From an uncultured Gammaproteobacteria bacterium (lineage in GTDB: Bacteria > Patescibacteriota > Patescibacteriia > Magasanikbacterales > UBA922): 55,222 nt of DNA. The stretch spans positions 1-55,222 of the forward strand of contig CAZRZS010000001.1 of the NCBI GenBank assembly GCA_964604685.1. The letters run 5' to 3'. Below, piece by piece: positions 16,898-25,908 of the stretch; position 1 is the stretch's first letter, and each line of letters starts with the position of its first letter. A program made the translations under genes and the position numbers. The notes beneath the pieces are model-generated. The model had not been told where the DNA came from, searched no databases, and saw nothing but the letters and a program-made list of their open reading frames with translations.

Positions 16898-17007
16898 AGA
16901 GTTCAAAAAAACATACCAACCACTGAGGCGATTTTAACACTCACCCTAATGACATTTTTGCCTTATCGCAGGGCTATGAGCTACACCGCACTGGTTGATA
17001 CTCCTGT

Positions 17008-17226
17008 TTAGAATCTGTAAGTTATACGACCCTTGGTCAAATCATAAGGAGTTAGTTCCATCTTAACTTCATCGCCTACTCCTAGACGAATGCGGTTCAT
17101 GCGCATCTTACCAGCTAAATGGGCAATGACCTCATGATCGTTTTCTAGTTTTATTCGAAAAGTAGCGCCCGGCAACAGTTCTTCAACTGTCCCCCGAACT
17201 TCTACCACATCACTATTTTTTGTCAT
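17008..17226 (-). CDS. infA: Translation initiation factor IF-1
   Basis: [58 protein letters not shown]. Confidence 0.95.
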   Translation of the reverse strand: MTKNSDVVEVRGTVEELLPGATFRIKLENDHEVIAHLAGKMRMNRIRLGVGDEVKMELTPYDLTKGRITYRF

Positions 17227-17252
17227 GAACTAGATAAATTTATACTGGCAAT

Positions 17253-17281
17253 ATTTTACCTGAAATTAAATAAATTGTCAA
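17253..17281 (-). promoter_or_regulatory. Sigma70-like promoter for infA
   Basis: On the minus strand: TTGACA (17281-17276), a 17-nt spacer, then TAAAAT (17258-17253). Confidence 0.5.
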
Positions 17282-17337
17282 GGCAAAATACCACCAGAGG
17301 GTGTGAATAAGTATTTTTTAGCTTATTTAAGGCAAAA

Positions 17338-17742
17338 TCATTGTTTGTAGACCCAATATTTATATAACAAAAAATTCCATGATACAGCCAAGGCTATGGT
17401 ACCTAACCTAACAAGCCGATAATCAAACTCTAACCATTGATTAAAAATATACATAACTGAGACGGCAATAATATAATTAAAAAAAACTAAAATCAAAAAT
17501 CTTACTACTTGTCGTTTGGGCATGGTCTTATCACGAAAAGTCCAATATTTATTTAAACAAAAAACATAAACTAGTAAAAAAAACTGATTAATAACTACAG
17601 CCATTACTGGTTGTAAACCAAAAATTTCTTTAAACAACACCAAACTCATCATGTCTAAAATAACGGCTGATACACCAATAACAAAGTATTTAATAAATTC
17701 AAATCTTATACCCAAAAAATATTTGAAAATTCTTTTAATCAT
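17338..17742 (-). CDS. GtrA family membrane protein
   Basis: 134 aa with 4 TM helices. The FKYFVIGVSAVILD start and the NKYWTF motif are typical of GtrA-like proteins. There is a 4-nt overlap with the end of alaS. Confidence 0.7.
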   Translation of the reverse strand: MIKRIFKYFLGIRFEFIKYFVIGVSAVILDMMSLVLFKEIFGLQPVMAVVINQFFLLVYVFCLNKYWTFRDKTMPKRQVVRFLILVFFNYIIAVSVMYIFNQWLEFDYRLVRLGTIALAVSWNFLLYKYWVYKQ

Positions 17743-19511
17743 TCAAGAATAGCTTTAATGCGCCGAATACCGGCAGAAGAAGATTCCTCCTTTTTAATTT
17801 TAAAATGGCCTAAGATACCAGTATGTGCTACATGAGGCCCACCACAAATTTCCTTGCTAAACACTTCATCACCTGAACCGATGGTATAAACTTTTACTTT
17901 TTCACCATACTTATCTTCAAACAAGCCAATTGAACCTTTGGCCTTGGCTTCGGCCACGCTCATTTCTTCACAACTCACGGGCAAGTCTCTGACAATAGCT
18001 CTATTTACTAAATTCTCTACCTCTTGTTTTTGTTCTGATGTTAATTTATCTGGGTGAACAAAATCAAAGCGCAATCTATCGGAAGTAATATTGCTCCCCT
18101 TTTGTTGAACATGTTCTCCTAAAACTTTATGTAAAGCTGCCTGTAATAAATGAGTAGCTGTATGATATTTTATTTCCCTTTCTCCATGTCCGGCTAAACC
18201 ACCTTTAAACTTTTGTTCTGCACCTTGGCGTGAAATATCTTGATGTTTGACAAATTCTTTTTTAAAACCTTCAACATCCACTTGCAAACCTTTTTCTTCA
18301 GCTAACTCTCGAGTCATTTCCAAAGGAAAGCCATATGATTGATACAAATCAAAAGCCTCTTTAGCTGAAATATTTTCTAATTTATTAAATTTTCTAATGC
18401 CCTGCCCTAACGTAGCTTTAAATTTATCCTCTTCATTTTCCATTTCTGTTAAAACAAAATTTTGATTTTTAAGAACTTCTGGATATACATCTTTAAATAT
18501 ATCTACCACAACTCTTGCTATTCGCGTGCAAAAATAATCTTCAATGCCTATTTTTTTACCATGGCGAATGGCTAGACGAATCAAGCGACGAACCACATAT
18601 CCTTGGTCAAGATTACCCGGGCCAATGCCCATAGTGTCGCCCATAATCATCGTAGCGCTACGCAAATGATCTGATATAATGCGTAAAGATATTGTTATAG
18701 ATTGATCTTTACCATATTTTTTACCAGAAATTTTTTCTAGCTCTTCTACAATCGGCCATAAAGTATCAATTTGATAAACATCATCTAAATTATTTAAAAC
18801 TGCAAGGGTGCGTTCCAAACCCATGCCAGTATCAACATTTTTTTGCGCTAGAGGTTGATAACTGCCATCAACCTCTTTGAAGTACTGCATAAAAACATCA
18901 TTCCAAATCTCTAGCCAATTGGCTTCATCATTGCCTGGATTGCTAGCTTCGGGTGGATATTCAGTCTGGCCAAGCCAATAAAACATCTCAGTATCTGGAC
19001 CGCAAGGACCCTTAGTCAAACCCCACCAATTGTTTTCTTTAGGCAAATAGGCAATCTTGTGTTTTGGTACACCCACAGCTTGCCAATATTTTGCTGACTC
19101 TTTATCACGGGGGGCGTCAGTATCACCAGCAAAAACTGATACGGCTAATTTTCTTGAATCTAAACCTAACCATTTTTTTTCAGTTAAAAACTCCAAACTC
19201 ATGGCAATGGCTTCTTTTTTAAAATAATCACCTAAAGACCAGTTGCCCAGCATTTCAAAAAAAGTCAAATGCCCAATATCACCAACTTCATCAATATCTC
19301 CAGTGCGCACAGATTTTTGCACGTTAGTCAAACGTTTCCCAGCAGGATGTTTTTCACCCAAAAGAAAAGGAACTAAAGGATGCATGCCAGCTGTGGTAAA
19401 TAATATGCTAGGATCGTTTTCTGGAATTAAAGAAGCTGAAGGAATCACTACATGTCCCTTCTTTTCAAAAAAATCTAAATATTTTTGTCGTAGTTCTTTG
19501 GCAGTAATCAT
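17739..19511 (-). CDS. alaS: Alanine--tRNA ligase, short form lacking the C-terminal C-Ala domain
   Basis: FFEKKGH..IPSASL.P..DP..LFTTAGM, the editing-domain HTATHLL and CGGPHV. The protein has 590 aa and ends soon after GIRRIKA. Confidence 0.9.
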   Translation of the reverse strand: MITAKELRQKYLDFFEKKGHVVIPSASLIPENDPSILFTTAGMHPLVPFLLGEKHPAGKRLTNVQKSVRTGDIDEVGDIGHLTFFEMLGNWSLGDYFKKEAIAMSLEFLTEKKWLGLDSRKLAVSVFAGDTDAPRDKESAKYWQAVGVPKHKIAYLPKENNWWGLTKGPCGPDTEMFYWLGQTEYPPEASNPGNDEANWLEIWNDVFMQYFKEVDGSYQPLAQKNVDTGMGLERTLAVLNNLDDVYQIDTLWPIVEELEKISGKKYGKDQSITISLRIISDHLRSATMIMGDTMGIGPGNLDQGYVVRRLIRLAIRHGKKIGIEDYFCTRIARVVVDIFKDVYPEVLKNQNFVLTEMENEEDKFKATLGQGIRKFNKLENISAKEAFDLYQSYGFPLEMTRELAEEKGLQVDVEGFKKEFVKHQDISRQGAEQKFKGGLAGHGEREIKYHTATHLLQAALHKVLGEHVQQKGSNITSDRLRFDFVHPDKLTSEQKQEVENLVNRAIVRDLPVSCEEMSVAEAKAKGSIGLFEDKYGEKVKVYTIGSGDEVFSKEICGGPHVAHTGILGHFKIKKEESSSAGIRRIKAILE

Positions 19512-19514
19512 AAA

Positions 19515-19607
19515 CTAATGAAAGTACTTGCCTCCGACTATAACTAGTAATATTACCAGCACAAAAATATACCAATAATTTGTGAGTAATTCAAATACCC
19601 ATTCCAT
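19515..19607 (-). CDS. Possible 30-aa hydrophobic micropeptide upstream of alaS
   Basis: My own translation gives MEWVFELLTNYWYIFVLVILLVIVGGKYFH*. The stop lies 3 nt before the alaS ATG. There is one predicted TM helix. The only support is the ORF and its position. Confidence 0.25.
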   Translation of the reverse strand: MEWVFELLTNYWYIFVLVILLVIVGGKYFH

Positions 19608-19638
19608 ACTATTTAATATTTTACCTAGTTTTAATAAA

Positions 19639-20793
19639 CTAATCAATTATTATTCCTCCACCCAAACAAATTTCATCTTTGTACAAAACTGCAAACTGCC
19701 CAGGTGTGGGGGCGCGTTGAGGTTGAACAAATTTTATAAATACCTCCCTCTGACGTACCGTCGGAGTACTCCTCCTTCGTAAGGAGGAGACAACAACTGC
19801 CTTTTGCAAGGGTTGACGATGACGTAACCTTACTTCACATTTTAGCGGAAAAACAGGTTTTTGTCTAATCCAATTTACGTCTACAACTGTAATTTCTTTT
19901 TTGTGTAAAAGTGGATTATTTTCATAGCCGACGATTAGTTGATTTTTTTTGATATTTTTGTCTATAACAAATAGAGGCTTAGCATTGTCATTCTGAATGA
20001 CAAGAGAAGAATCCCTTATATTATGTTTAAGGGATACTCCCCCTTTACTTCGTTTAAGGTCAGGATGACAATTGAGACCGCCACGCTGTCCAATCGTGTA
20101 AAAAGCTAGGCCATCATGCTCCCCTACTATTTCACCATTGGATAATATTACTTTGCCCTTTTTTATTTTAATTTTCTGCTGTAAAAAATCTTTCATCGGC
20201 ACCTCACCCACAAAACAAATGCCCATACTCTCTTCTTTCTCTGCAGTTGGTAAATCATACTTTTTAGCCAAGACTCTTACTTCAGACTTTGTATATTCAC
20301 CCAAAGGAAATATTACCTGAGATAATTGTTTTTGATTGAGTTGGTGGAGAAAATATGTCTGGTCTTTGTCCTTATCCTTGGCCTGGAATAATTTATTATC
20401 TTCCACTCGGGCATAGTGACCTGTAGCCAATTTAGTAAAACCTAATTCTCTAGCTTTTTTCAACCAAGCCCCAAATTTAATATATTTATTACACCAAACA
20501 TCAGGATTAGGCGTCCGGCCTTCAGCATATTCAGTAAACATATAATCTAAAACTTTTTCCTTGTAATCTTTACGAAAATCCAATTTCAAAAGCTGAATAC
20601 CGAGTTTAGCGGCCACCCGCGTGGCATCACGATAATCTGGCACCCAGCAAGATTCACCCAGACTATCAGTGCCTTCACCACTATCATAATTAATCATATA
20701 TGCTCCCGTAACCTCATAACCTTGTTTTAATAACAAAACGGCGGCGACACTAGAGTCGACGCCACCAGACATAGCAACTAAAACTTTCTCCAT
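19639..20793 (-). CDS. mnmA: tRNA 2-thiouridine(34) synthase MnmA, with repeat-encoded insertions
   Basis: PP-loop VAMSGGVDSSVAA, NPDVWCN, DQTYFL, and C-terminal PGQFAVLY...CLGGGII. Confidence 0.92.
   Translation of the reverse strand: MEKVLVAMSGGVDSSVAAVLLLKQGYEVTGAYMINYDSGEGTDSLGESCWVPDYRDATRVAAKLGIQLLKLDFRKDYKEKVLDYMFTEYAEGRTPNPDVWCNKYIKFGAWLKKARELGFTKLATGHYARVEDNKLFQAKDKDKDQTYFLHQLNQKQLSQVIFPLGEYTKSEVRVLAKKYDLPTAEKEESMGICFVGEVPMKDFLQQKIKIKKGKVILSNGEIVGEHDGLAFYTIGQRGGLNCHPDLKRSKGGVSLKHNIRDSSLVIQNDNAKPLFVIDKNIKKNQLIVGYENNPLLHKKEITVVDVNWIRQKPVFPLKCEVRLRHRQPLQKAVVVSSLRRRSTPTVRQREVFIKFVQPQRAPTPGQFAVLYKDEICLGGGIIID
19748..19789. repeat. 42-nt double-hairpin element, in frame within mnmA
   Basis: Hairpin A is ctctgacg-tac-cgtcggag (19748-19766). 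Hairpin B is ctcctcctt-cgt-aaggaggag (19769-19789). Together they encode SSLRRRSTPTVRQR. Confidence 0.7.
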
Positions 20794-20820
20794 ATATACT
20801 TATTTTAACAAAAAATAAAT

Positions 20821-20850
20821 AAAAAATCAACCCCGATTTGATCGGGGTTG
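20821..20850 (-). terminator. Intrinsic terminator of the zinc-ribbon gene
   Basis: On the minus strand: caaccccgat caa atcggggttg followed by attttttatttatttttt. Confidence 0.8.
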
Positions 20851-20859
20851 AATAATTGA

Positions 20860-21156
20860 TTAGCTATTGCGTTTAGCAGCCATGCAATCACGGCAGTAAA
20901 CTGGCTTATCATTAGTAGGTTGGAAAGGAAGCTGGGTAATTTTTTGACCACAACCAGCACAATCCAAGTCTACATCAAACATCTGACGAGGACCACGGTT
21001 ATCATTATTACGACGGCTTTCACGAAAAGCGCGATTGCAGTCGGCACAATAAACAGGACGATCACCAGATGGTTGAAAAGGCAACTGTGAGATGTGGGTG
21101 CCACACTTGGCACAATCTAAATCCACATCAAACATTTGTCTGTTACCATTATCCAT
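20860..21156 (-). CDS. Tandem CxxC-x17-CxxC zinc-ribbon protein
   Basis: Two ~45-aa repeats: RQMFDVDLDCA(K/G)CG..I.QLPFQP..D(R/K)PVYC.DC. Confidence 0.8.
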   Translation of the reverse strand: MDNGNRQMFDVDLDCAKCGTHISQLPFQPSGDRPVYCADCNRAFRESRRNNDNRGPRQMFDVDLDCAGCGQKITQLPFQPTNDKPVYCRDCMAAKRNS

Positions 21157-21240
21157 ATATATACTTGTTTGTTCCCAAATTTGTTGAGAAATTAGTTAAA
21201 TGACCTTTATTTGGGAACTTGAGTTACCCAATTGTATAAT

Positions 21241-21269
21241 ATCATACCATAGTTAAAAATTTTTGTCAA
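21241..21269 (-). promoter_or_regulatory. Near-consensus sigma70 promoter for the zinc-ribbon gene
   Basis: On the minus strand: TTGACA (21269-21264), a 17-nt spacer, then TATGAT (21246-21241). The ~78-nt leader contains a 10-bp stem, gttcccaaat(21171-21180)/atttgggaac(21208-21217). Confidence 0.6.
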
Positions 21270-21318
21270 GGGTTAGCCTCTGAGACTTGAAATTACAGCC
21301 TAATGGGCTACTTACAAA

Positions 21319-22167
21319 TTATATCCCCCTAAACAATGGTACACCATTATTGGGATTAGTCGGGACATAGATAGTTCCCTCTCTATCCCTTAAATTCTGA
21401 ATATACAAATATTGTAGATATCTTTCTGTTAAACTCTGGATGATAATCGCCTGGGCATCGCGCTGGCCAGCGGCTTCAATGCGTTTTCTCTCTGCTTCTT
21501 TTTCTTCAGCCTGCAAAACAAAATCATAACGTTGGGCTTCTTGTTCAGCTTGTAATTTTAATTGAATACTCTGGGCTAAATCATCAGGCAATTGCACGTG
21601 GCGTAATAGAACGTCTTCCAACTCTATACCCCGCGGTTCTAATTTAATTTTTAAAACTTCAGAAATCTTTTTGGCAGCTTCTAAACGCTTTGCCGAATAA
21701 ATATCCTTAGCCTCATATTGGGCAATGACTTCACGGATCACTGACCTAATTTGCGGACGAATAATAACTCCATCATAATTCAAACCAACATCACGATAAA
21801 TATCTGAAGCTTTTTCTTCAATTAAGTGATAGAGTACAGTAATATCCAAATCAACACTTAATCCTTCTTTAGTTAGAGCTGTAATTACGTCAGAGACATA
21901 ACGCTGTCCCTCACCTTGAGTAATAGACATAGTATAGTCTTGGGTACGAATATTCATTTTAGTTACCTTAACTAAAGGATTTTTAAGATGAAAACCAGAA
22001 TGAAACTCTTGATCTCTGACTTTACCAAAAAATGACTGCACCCCTGTTTCACCAGCCTCAACCACTACCCAAAAAGCTGAAGCAACGCTGAAGAAAAAGA
22101 CTATCACTACCGCGAGGATAATCCACATAATGATTTTTTTATTTTTGTGAGGATTAATTATTTCCAT
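21319..22167 (-). CDS. SPFH/Band 7 (prohibitin/HflC-like) membrane protein
   Basis: An N-terminal TM helix followed by an SPFH core (GETGVQSFFGKV..., coiled-coil AEQEAQR...AERKRIEAAGQRDAQ). Confidence 0.8.
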   Translation of the reverse strand: MEIINPHKNKKIIMWIILAVVIVFFFSVASAFWVVVEAGETGVQSFFGKVRDQEFHSGFHLKNPLVKVTKMNIRTQDYTMSITQGEGQRYVSDVITALTKEGLSVDLDITVLYHLIEEKASDIYRDVGLNYDGVIIRPQIRSVIREVIAQYEAKDIYSAKRLEAAKKISEVLKIKLEPRGIELEDVLLRHVQLPDDLAQSIQLKLQAEQEAQRYDFVLQAEEKEAERKRIEAAGQRDAQAIIIQSLTERYLQYLYIQNLRDREGTIYVPTNPNNGVPLFRGI

Positions 22168-22194
22168 AGGTTTTTTGTTAAGATTTGATCCATA

Positions 22195-23433
22195 TTATTT
22201 TTTTTCAATTTTAACACCAATGGCACTTAATCGTCCAACTAAATCTTCATAACCACGTTCAATATATTTAATTTCATCAATCTCTGTAGTGCTATCGGCA
22301 ATTAATGCAGCCAAGACTAATGAAGCCCCAGCTCGAATGTCAGTCGCTGTAACTTCTGTCCCCGACAATTTAGCCCCACCCTGAATAATGGCAGTCTGGC
22401 CATGAACAACAATATTACAACCCAAACGGTTCAATTCCATAATATGCATGAAACGATTTTCAAAAATAGTTTCTTTAATCATGCTTTTACCCTTGGCTAA
22501 ACTCAATAACACCATGGTCTGAGCTTGCAAATCTGTTGGAAAACCCGGGTATGGTTCTGTAACTATATCAACAGCTTTTAATTCACTAACTACTATTTTA
22601 CCATTGGAAATAACTTCTACTCCAATTTCTTCCATTTTTTTTATAAACCCAGTTAAATGACCCAGATTAGCTTCTTTTATTTGCACTTTACCACCAGTAA
22701 TGGCTGAAAGGATAATAAAAGTACCAGCTTCCAGACGATCTGGAATAATTTCATACTGGCAGGCATATAATTCTTCCACACCCTCAACTTTTAATATATC
22801 TGTGTCTAAACCAGTAATTTTTGCCCCCATTTTATTTAAAAAATTACATAAATCAGTAATTTCTGGCTCTTTAGCCGCATTTTTAATAATGGTTTTGCCT
22901 TCGGCCTTGACCGCTGCCATAACAATATTTTCTGTCGCCCCCACACTTGGAAATGGCAAATCTATTTCTGTGCCAATTAATTTATCTGCTTTAGCTCCCA
23001 CATAACCATGATCCATATTAATTTCAGCACCAAATTTTTCAAAACCTGCCAAATGATAATTAACTGGCCGTGCACCAATCGCACAACCACCAGGCAAAGA
23101 TACACGCGCTTCTTTTTGCGAAGCTAATAAAGGCCCCATAACTAAAAAACTGGCCCGCATAATACCAACCAAATCATGAGGAGCTTCTACACTTTTTATA
23201 CCATTATTTATAATCTTGTAAGTATGTTCAGCTGATTTTTTCACTAACAAACCCAAAGCCTCTAGCATTTTACTCATGGTCTCAATATCCCGTAGATTAG
23301 GTACATTATCCAAAATATATTTACCAGGAGCTAAAAGTGTGGCACAGAAAATAGGTAAAGCCGCATTTTTTGAACCATTAACCTCCAAAACGCCTTCTAG
23401 TTGTCGTCCGCCTTGAATAACAAATTTACTCAT
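22195..23433 (-). CDS. murA: UDP-N-acetylglucosamine 1-carboxyvinyltransferase
   Basis: GSKNAALPI and the active-site Cys in LPGGCAIGARPVN. The length is 412 aa. Confidence 0.95.
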   Translation of the reverse strand: MSKFVIQGGRQLEGVLEVNGSKNAALPIFCATLLAPGKYILDNVPNLRDIETMSKMLEALGLLVKKSAEHTYKIINNGIKSVEAPHDLVGIMRASFLVMGPLLASQKEARVSLPGGCAIGARPVNYHLAGFEKFGAEINMDHGYVGAKADKLIGTEIDLPFPSVGATENIVMAAVKAEGKTIIKNAAKEPEITDLCNFLNKMGAKITGLDTDILKVEGVEELYACQYEIIPDRLEAGTFIILSAITGGKVQIKEANLGHLTGFIKKMEEIGVEVISNGKIVVSELKAVDIVTEPYPGFPTDLQAQTMVLLSLAKGKSMIKETIFENRFMHIMELNRLGCNIVVHGQTAIIQGGAKLSGTEVTATDIRAGASLVLAALIADSTTEIDEIKYIERGYEDLVGRLSAIGVKIEKK

Positions 23434-23496
23434 AAAAACTTGCTTTTGTCAACAAATTACGGTAGTATTGTAACATAAATTTAAACTTTAGGCAAG

Positions 23497-24822
23497 ATGG
23501 TCTATCCGCAGACAAAATTAACCAAAACAGTACGTCGAGGCATTATGTTTTTTTTGATTGCCTGTTTTTTTATTATTTCTCCCATTATTATCCTCTACAC
23601 AACCGGCTATCGCTATGATTTTAGCACTCAGCAAATTAGACAGACTGGCGTGATTAGCATTGATGTTGAGCCAAGCAAAACCCAGGTATTTTTAAATAAT
23701 GTTAAAATTAAAAAAAATCTGCCTTTACGCCTGACTAATCGCGCCCCTGGTACTTACACAGTCAAACTAACTTTATCAGGCTATCAAGACTGGCAAAAAG
23801 ATATTACTGTAGAAAGCAAAAAAACCACTTACATTAAAAATATTACTTTATTCAAACAAGCCTTGCCTATTCTTGTAACTACAAATCTAAAAACAGCTAT
23901 AGTGGATATGCAAACTAGTTATAATGGCGCCTATATTTTAATTACGACCAAAGCTGACAATATCTATGAAATCCATCTTCTAAATACAAGCAATAATGAA
24001 TTATTTTCTATCATCCGTTCTAAAATTGACAAAATTCCAGAAATTTCTTGGTCACCATATGCTAATTTCGCTTTAATAAAAACTCAAAATAATAATAAAC
24101 AACAGACTTTAGAATTATTTAATCCTCTGACGCCGGAAAATTCCAAAACATACACTTTTTTTACGCCAATCGAAGATTATCAATGGTCTAAAAATACTTT
24201 TAATTCCACTGTTTATATCAAACAAAATAATCAGTTTAAATCCCTTAGCAACAATGAACAACGTAGCCTTAATATTGTCCCCAGTGATATTTGGTTTATA
24301 GACAATAATAACATTTGGAGTTATAGCAATAAAAATTTAGTAAAAAATAATGAAACAAAATTTGCTCTAGGGGATAAAGATGAAATTAGAAAAATTATAG
24401 ATGTAAATAATAACAGGATTATTGCCCAAAGTGATTGGCATACTTATGTTTTTAAATTAAAAGATGGAGAAATAACCAACAGCCAAATACTGCCGACCCA
24501 ACATGTTTTTTACAACCAAAACACGGCTGAATGGCAGACATGGTCTTGGTGGGAATTGTGGACTATTTATGAAGACGGCAGTACCAGCCTCTTGACCAGG
24601 ACGAGTGATAAAATTATTCAGCTTTGGCCCTTGGATAAATATGGAGTCTTAGCTTTGACATCGGAAAATAAAATAACCGGGTTTAATCCAGGTTATTATG
24701 TTAGCCATGAACTTTTACATGATACGGAAATTAAACAAATTGGCGTTAATCCACATGAAAGAAAAATTTTCTTCCTAGGTAGGGTTGGCCAGACAACCGG
24801 TTTGTTTGAATTAGAATACTAA
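23497..24822 (+). CDS. Membrane-anchored PEGA domain protein with a large C-terminal domain (beta-propeller-like?)
   Basis: An N-terminal TM helix, then a PEGA-like segment ISIDVEPSKTQVFLNNVKI...PGTYTVKLTLSGYQDWQKDITV. Confidence 0.6.
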   Translation: MVYPQTKLTKTVRRGIMFFLIACFFIISPIIILYTTGYRYDFSTQQIRQTGVISIDVEPSKTQVFLNNVKIKKNLPLRLTNRAPGTYTVKLTLSGYQDWQKDITVESKKTTYIKNITLFKQALPILVTTNLKTAIVDMQTSYNGAYILITTKADNIYEIHLLNTSNNELFSIIRSKIDKIPEISWSPYANFALIKTQNNNKQQTLELFNPLTPENSKTYTFFTPIEDYQWSKNTFNSTVYIKQNNQFKSLSNNEQRSLNIVPSDIWFIDNNNIWSYSNKNLVKNNETKFALGDKDEIRKIIDVNNNRIIAQSDWHTYVFKLKDGEITNSQILPTQHVFYNQNTAEWQTWSWWELWTIYEDGSTSLLTRTSDKIIQLWPLDKYGVLALTSENKITGFNPGYYVSHELLHDTEIKQIGVNPHERKIFFLGRVGQTTGLFELEY

Positions 24823-25907
24823 ATTTCAATAATTGTTTTATCCCCAATCACCATACGATAACCTTCAACATCACTACCTTCACGTTTAGTCAATTGTGTA
24901 TTCTTGCCAATTAAACTATCAAAAACTTTAATTTCACAATTAATTACAGCATTTTCTAAAATAATAGAATCATGGACCTTAGCCTGGCGAACTTGACTCC
25001 CCTGTCCTATAGTCACATAAGGACCAATTTGACAATTTTCTAAAATGCAATTCTCGCCAATAATCACCGGACCAGTGATTTTTACATTTTTATCCACGCG
25101 TGAACCAATGCCAATGTGAACTTTACCAGATATACTTACACTTTGATCTATCATGCCATGGTTAGGAAAATCCGTTTCTGTCATTTGGTCAAGTAATAAT
25201 TTATTGGCCATAAGTAAATCTTCAACTTGACCTGTATCTTTCCACCAGCCAGTAATTTCCCGATGGCCAACCTTATGGCCATTTTTTAGTAAATAGGAAT
25301 TAATACTGGAAATTTCATATTCACCACGAGCACTCTTCTCTATATTATCATAAGCTTTAAAAAATAATCTCGGACCGTATAAATAAATACCGGTTTGGGC
25401 TAAATTATGAGGCGGATTTTGGGGTTTTTCAATAACATCAACCAATTTATCATTCTCAAAAATCGGCACACCAAAATGACTGGCATCGGGCACTTTGGCA
25501 AAAGCAAACATAGCATCCAATTTATTTTTATCAAATTCAGCAAACATGTCAGACAAATTACCAAAGATAATATTATCAGATAAATAAAACATAAAAGGAT
25601 CATCACCAATAAATGATTCAGCACATTTTACAACATGAGCAATCCCCTGTGGCCCACCCTCCTGTTCAAAAAATTTAATTCTAATCCCCCAATGGCCACC
25701 ATCACCAATATATTTTTGCAACTCAGTTTCTCCTGGATTAGTGTTGATAAAAATTTCTTCAACCCCTGCTTCTACGGCTCTTTCAATAGCATAAAAAATC
25801 ATGGGCTTATTAGCCAAGGGTAAGAGATGTTTGTTAGTCGTCGTGGTAATGGGATGCAATCTAGTGGCATGCCCACCACCAGTTAAAATAGCTTTTTTTA
25901 TTCTCAT
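24819..25907 (-). CDS. Sugar-1-phosphate nucleotidylyltransferase, long form (RmlA-like N-terminal domain plus a left-handed beta-helix C-terminal domain)
   Basis: KKAILTGGGHATRLHPITTTTNKHLLPLANKPMIFY. The C-terminus has hexapeptide-like repeats (IGENCILENCQIGPYVTIGQGSQV). Confidence 0.8.
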   Translation of the reverse strand: MRIKKAILTGGGHATRLHPITTTTNKHLLPLANKPMIFYAIERAVEAGVEEIFINTNPGETELQKYIGDGGHWGIRIKFFEQEGGPQGIAHVVKCAESFIGDDPFMFYLSDNIIFGNLSDMFAEFDKNKLDAMFAFAKVPDASHFGVPIFENDKLVDVIEKPQNPPHNLAQTGIYLYGPRLFFKAYDNIEKSARGEYEISSINSYLLKNGHKVGHREITGWWKDTGQVEDLLMANKLLLDQMTETDFPNHGMIDQSVSISGKVHIGIGSRVDKNVKITGPVIIGENCILENCQIGPYVTIGQGSQVRQAKVHDSIILENAVINCEIKVFDSLIGKNTQLTKREGSDVEGYRMVIGDKTIIEI

Positions 25908-25908
25908 A

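Noticed and set aside
16778-17011. A 77-aa plus-strand ORF across the rpmJ/infA spacer
   Set aside because: It is antisense to rpmJ, which has a clear L36 translation. It has no motif and its position is implausible.
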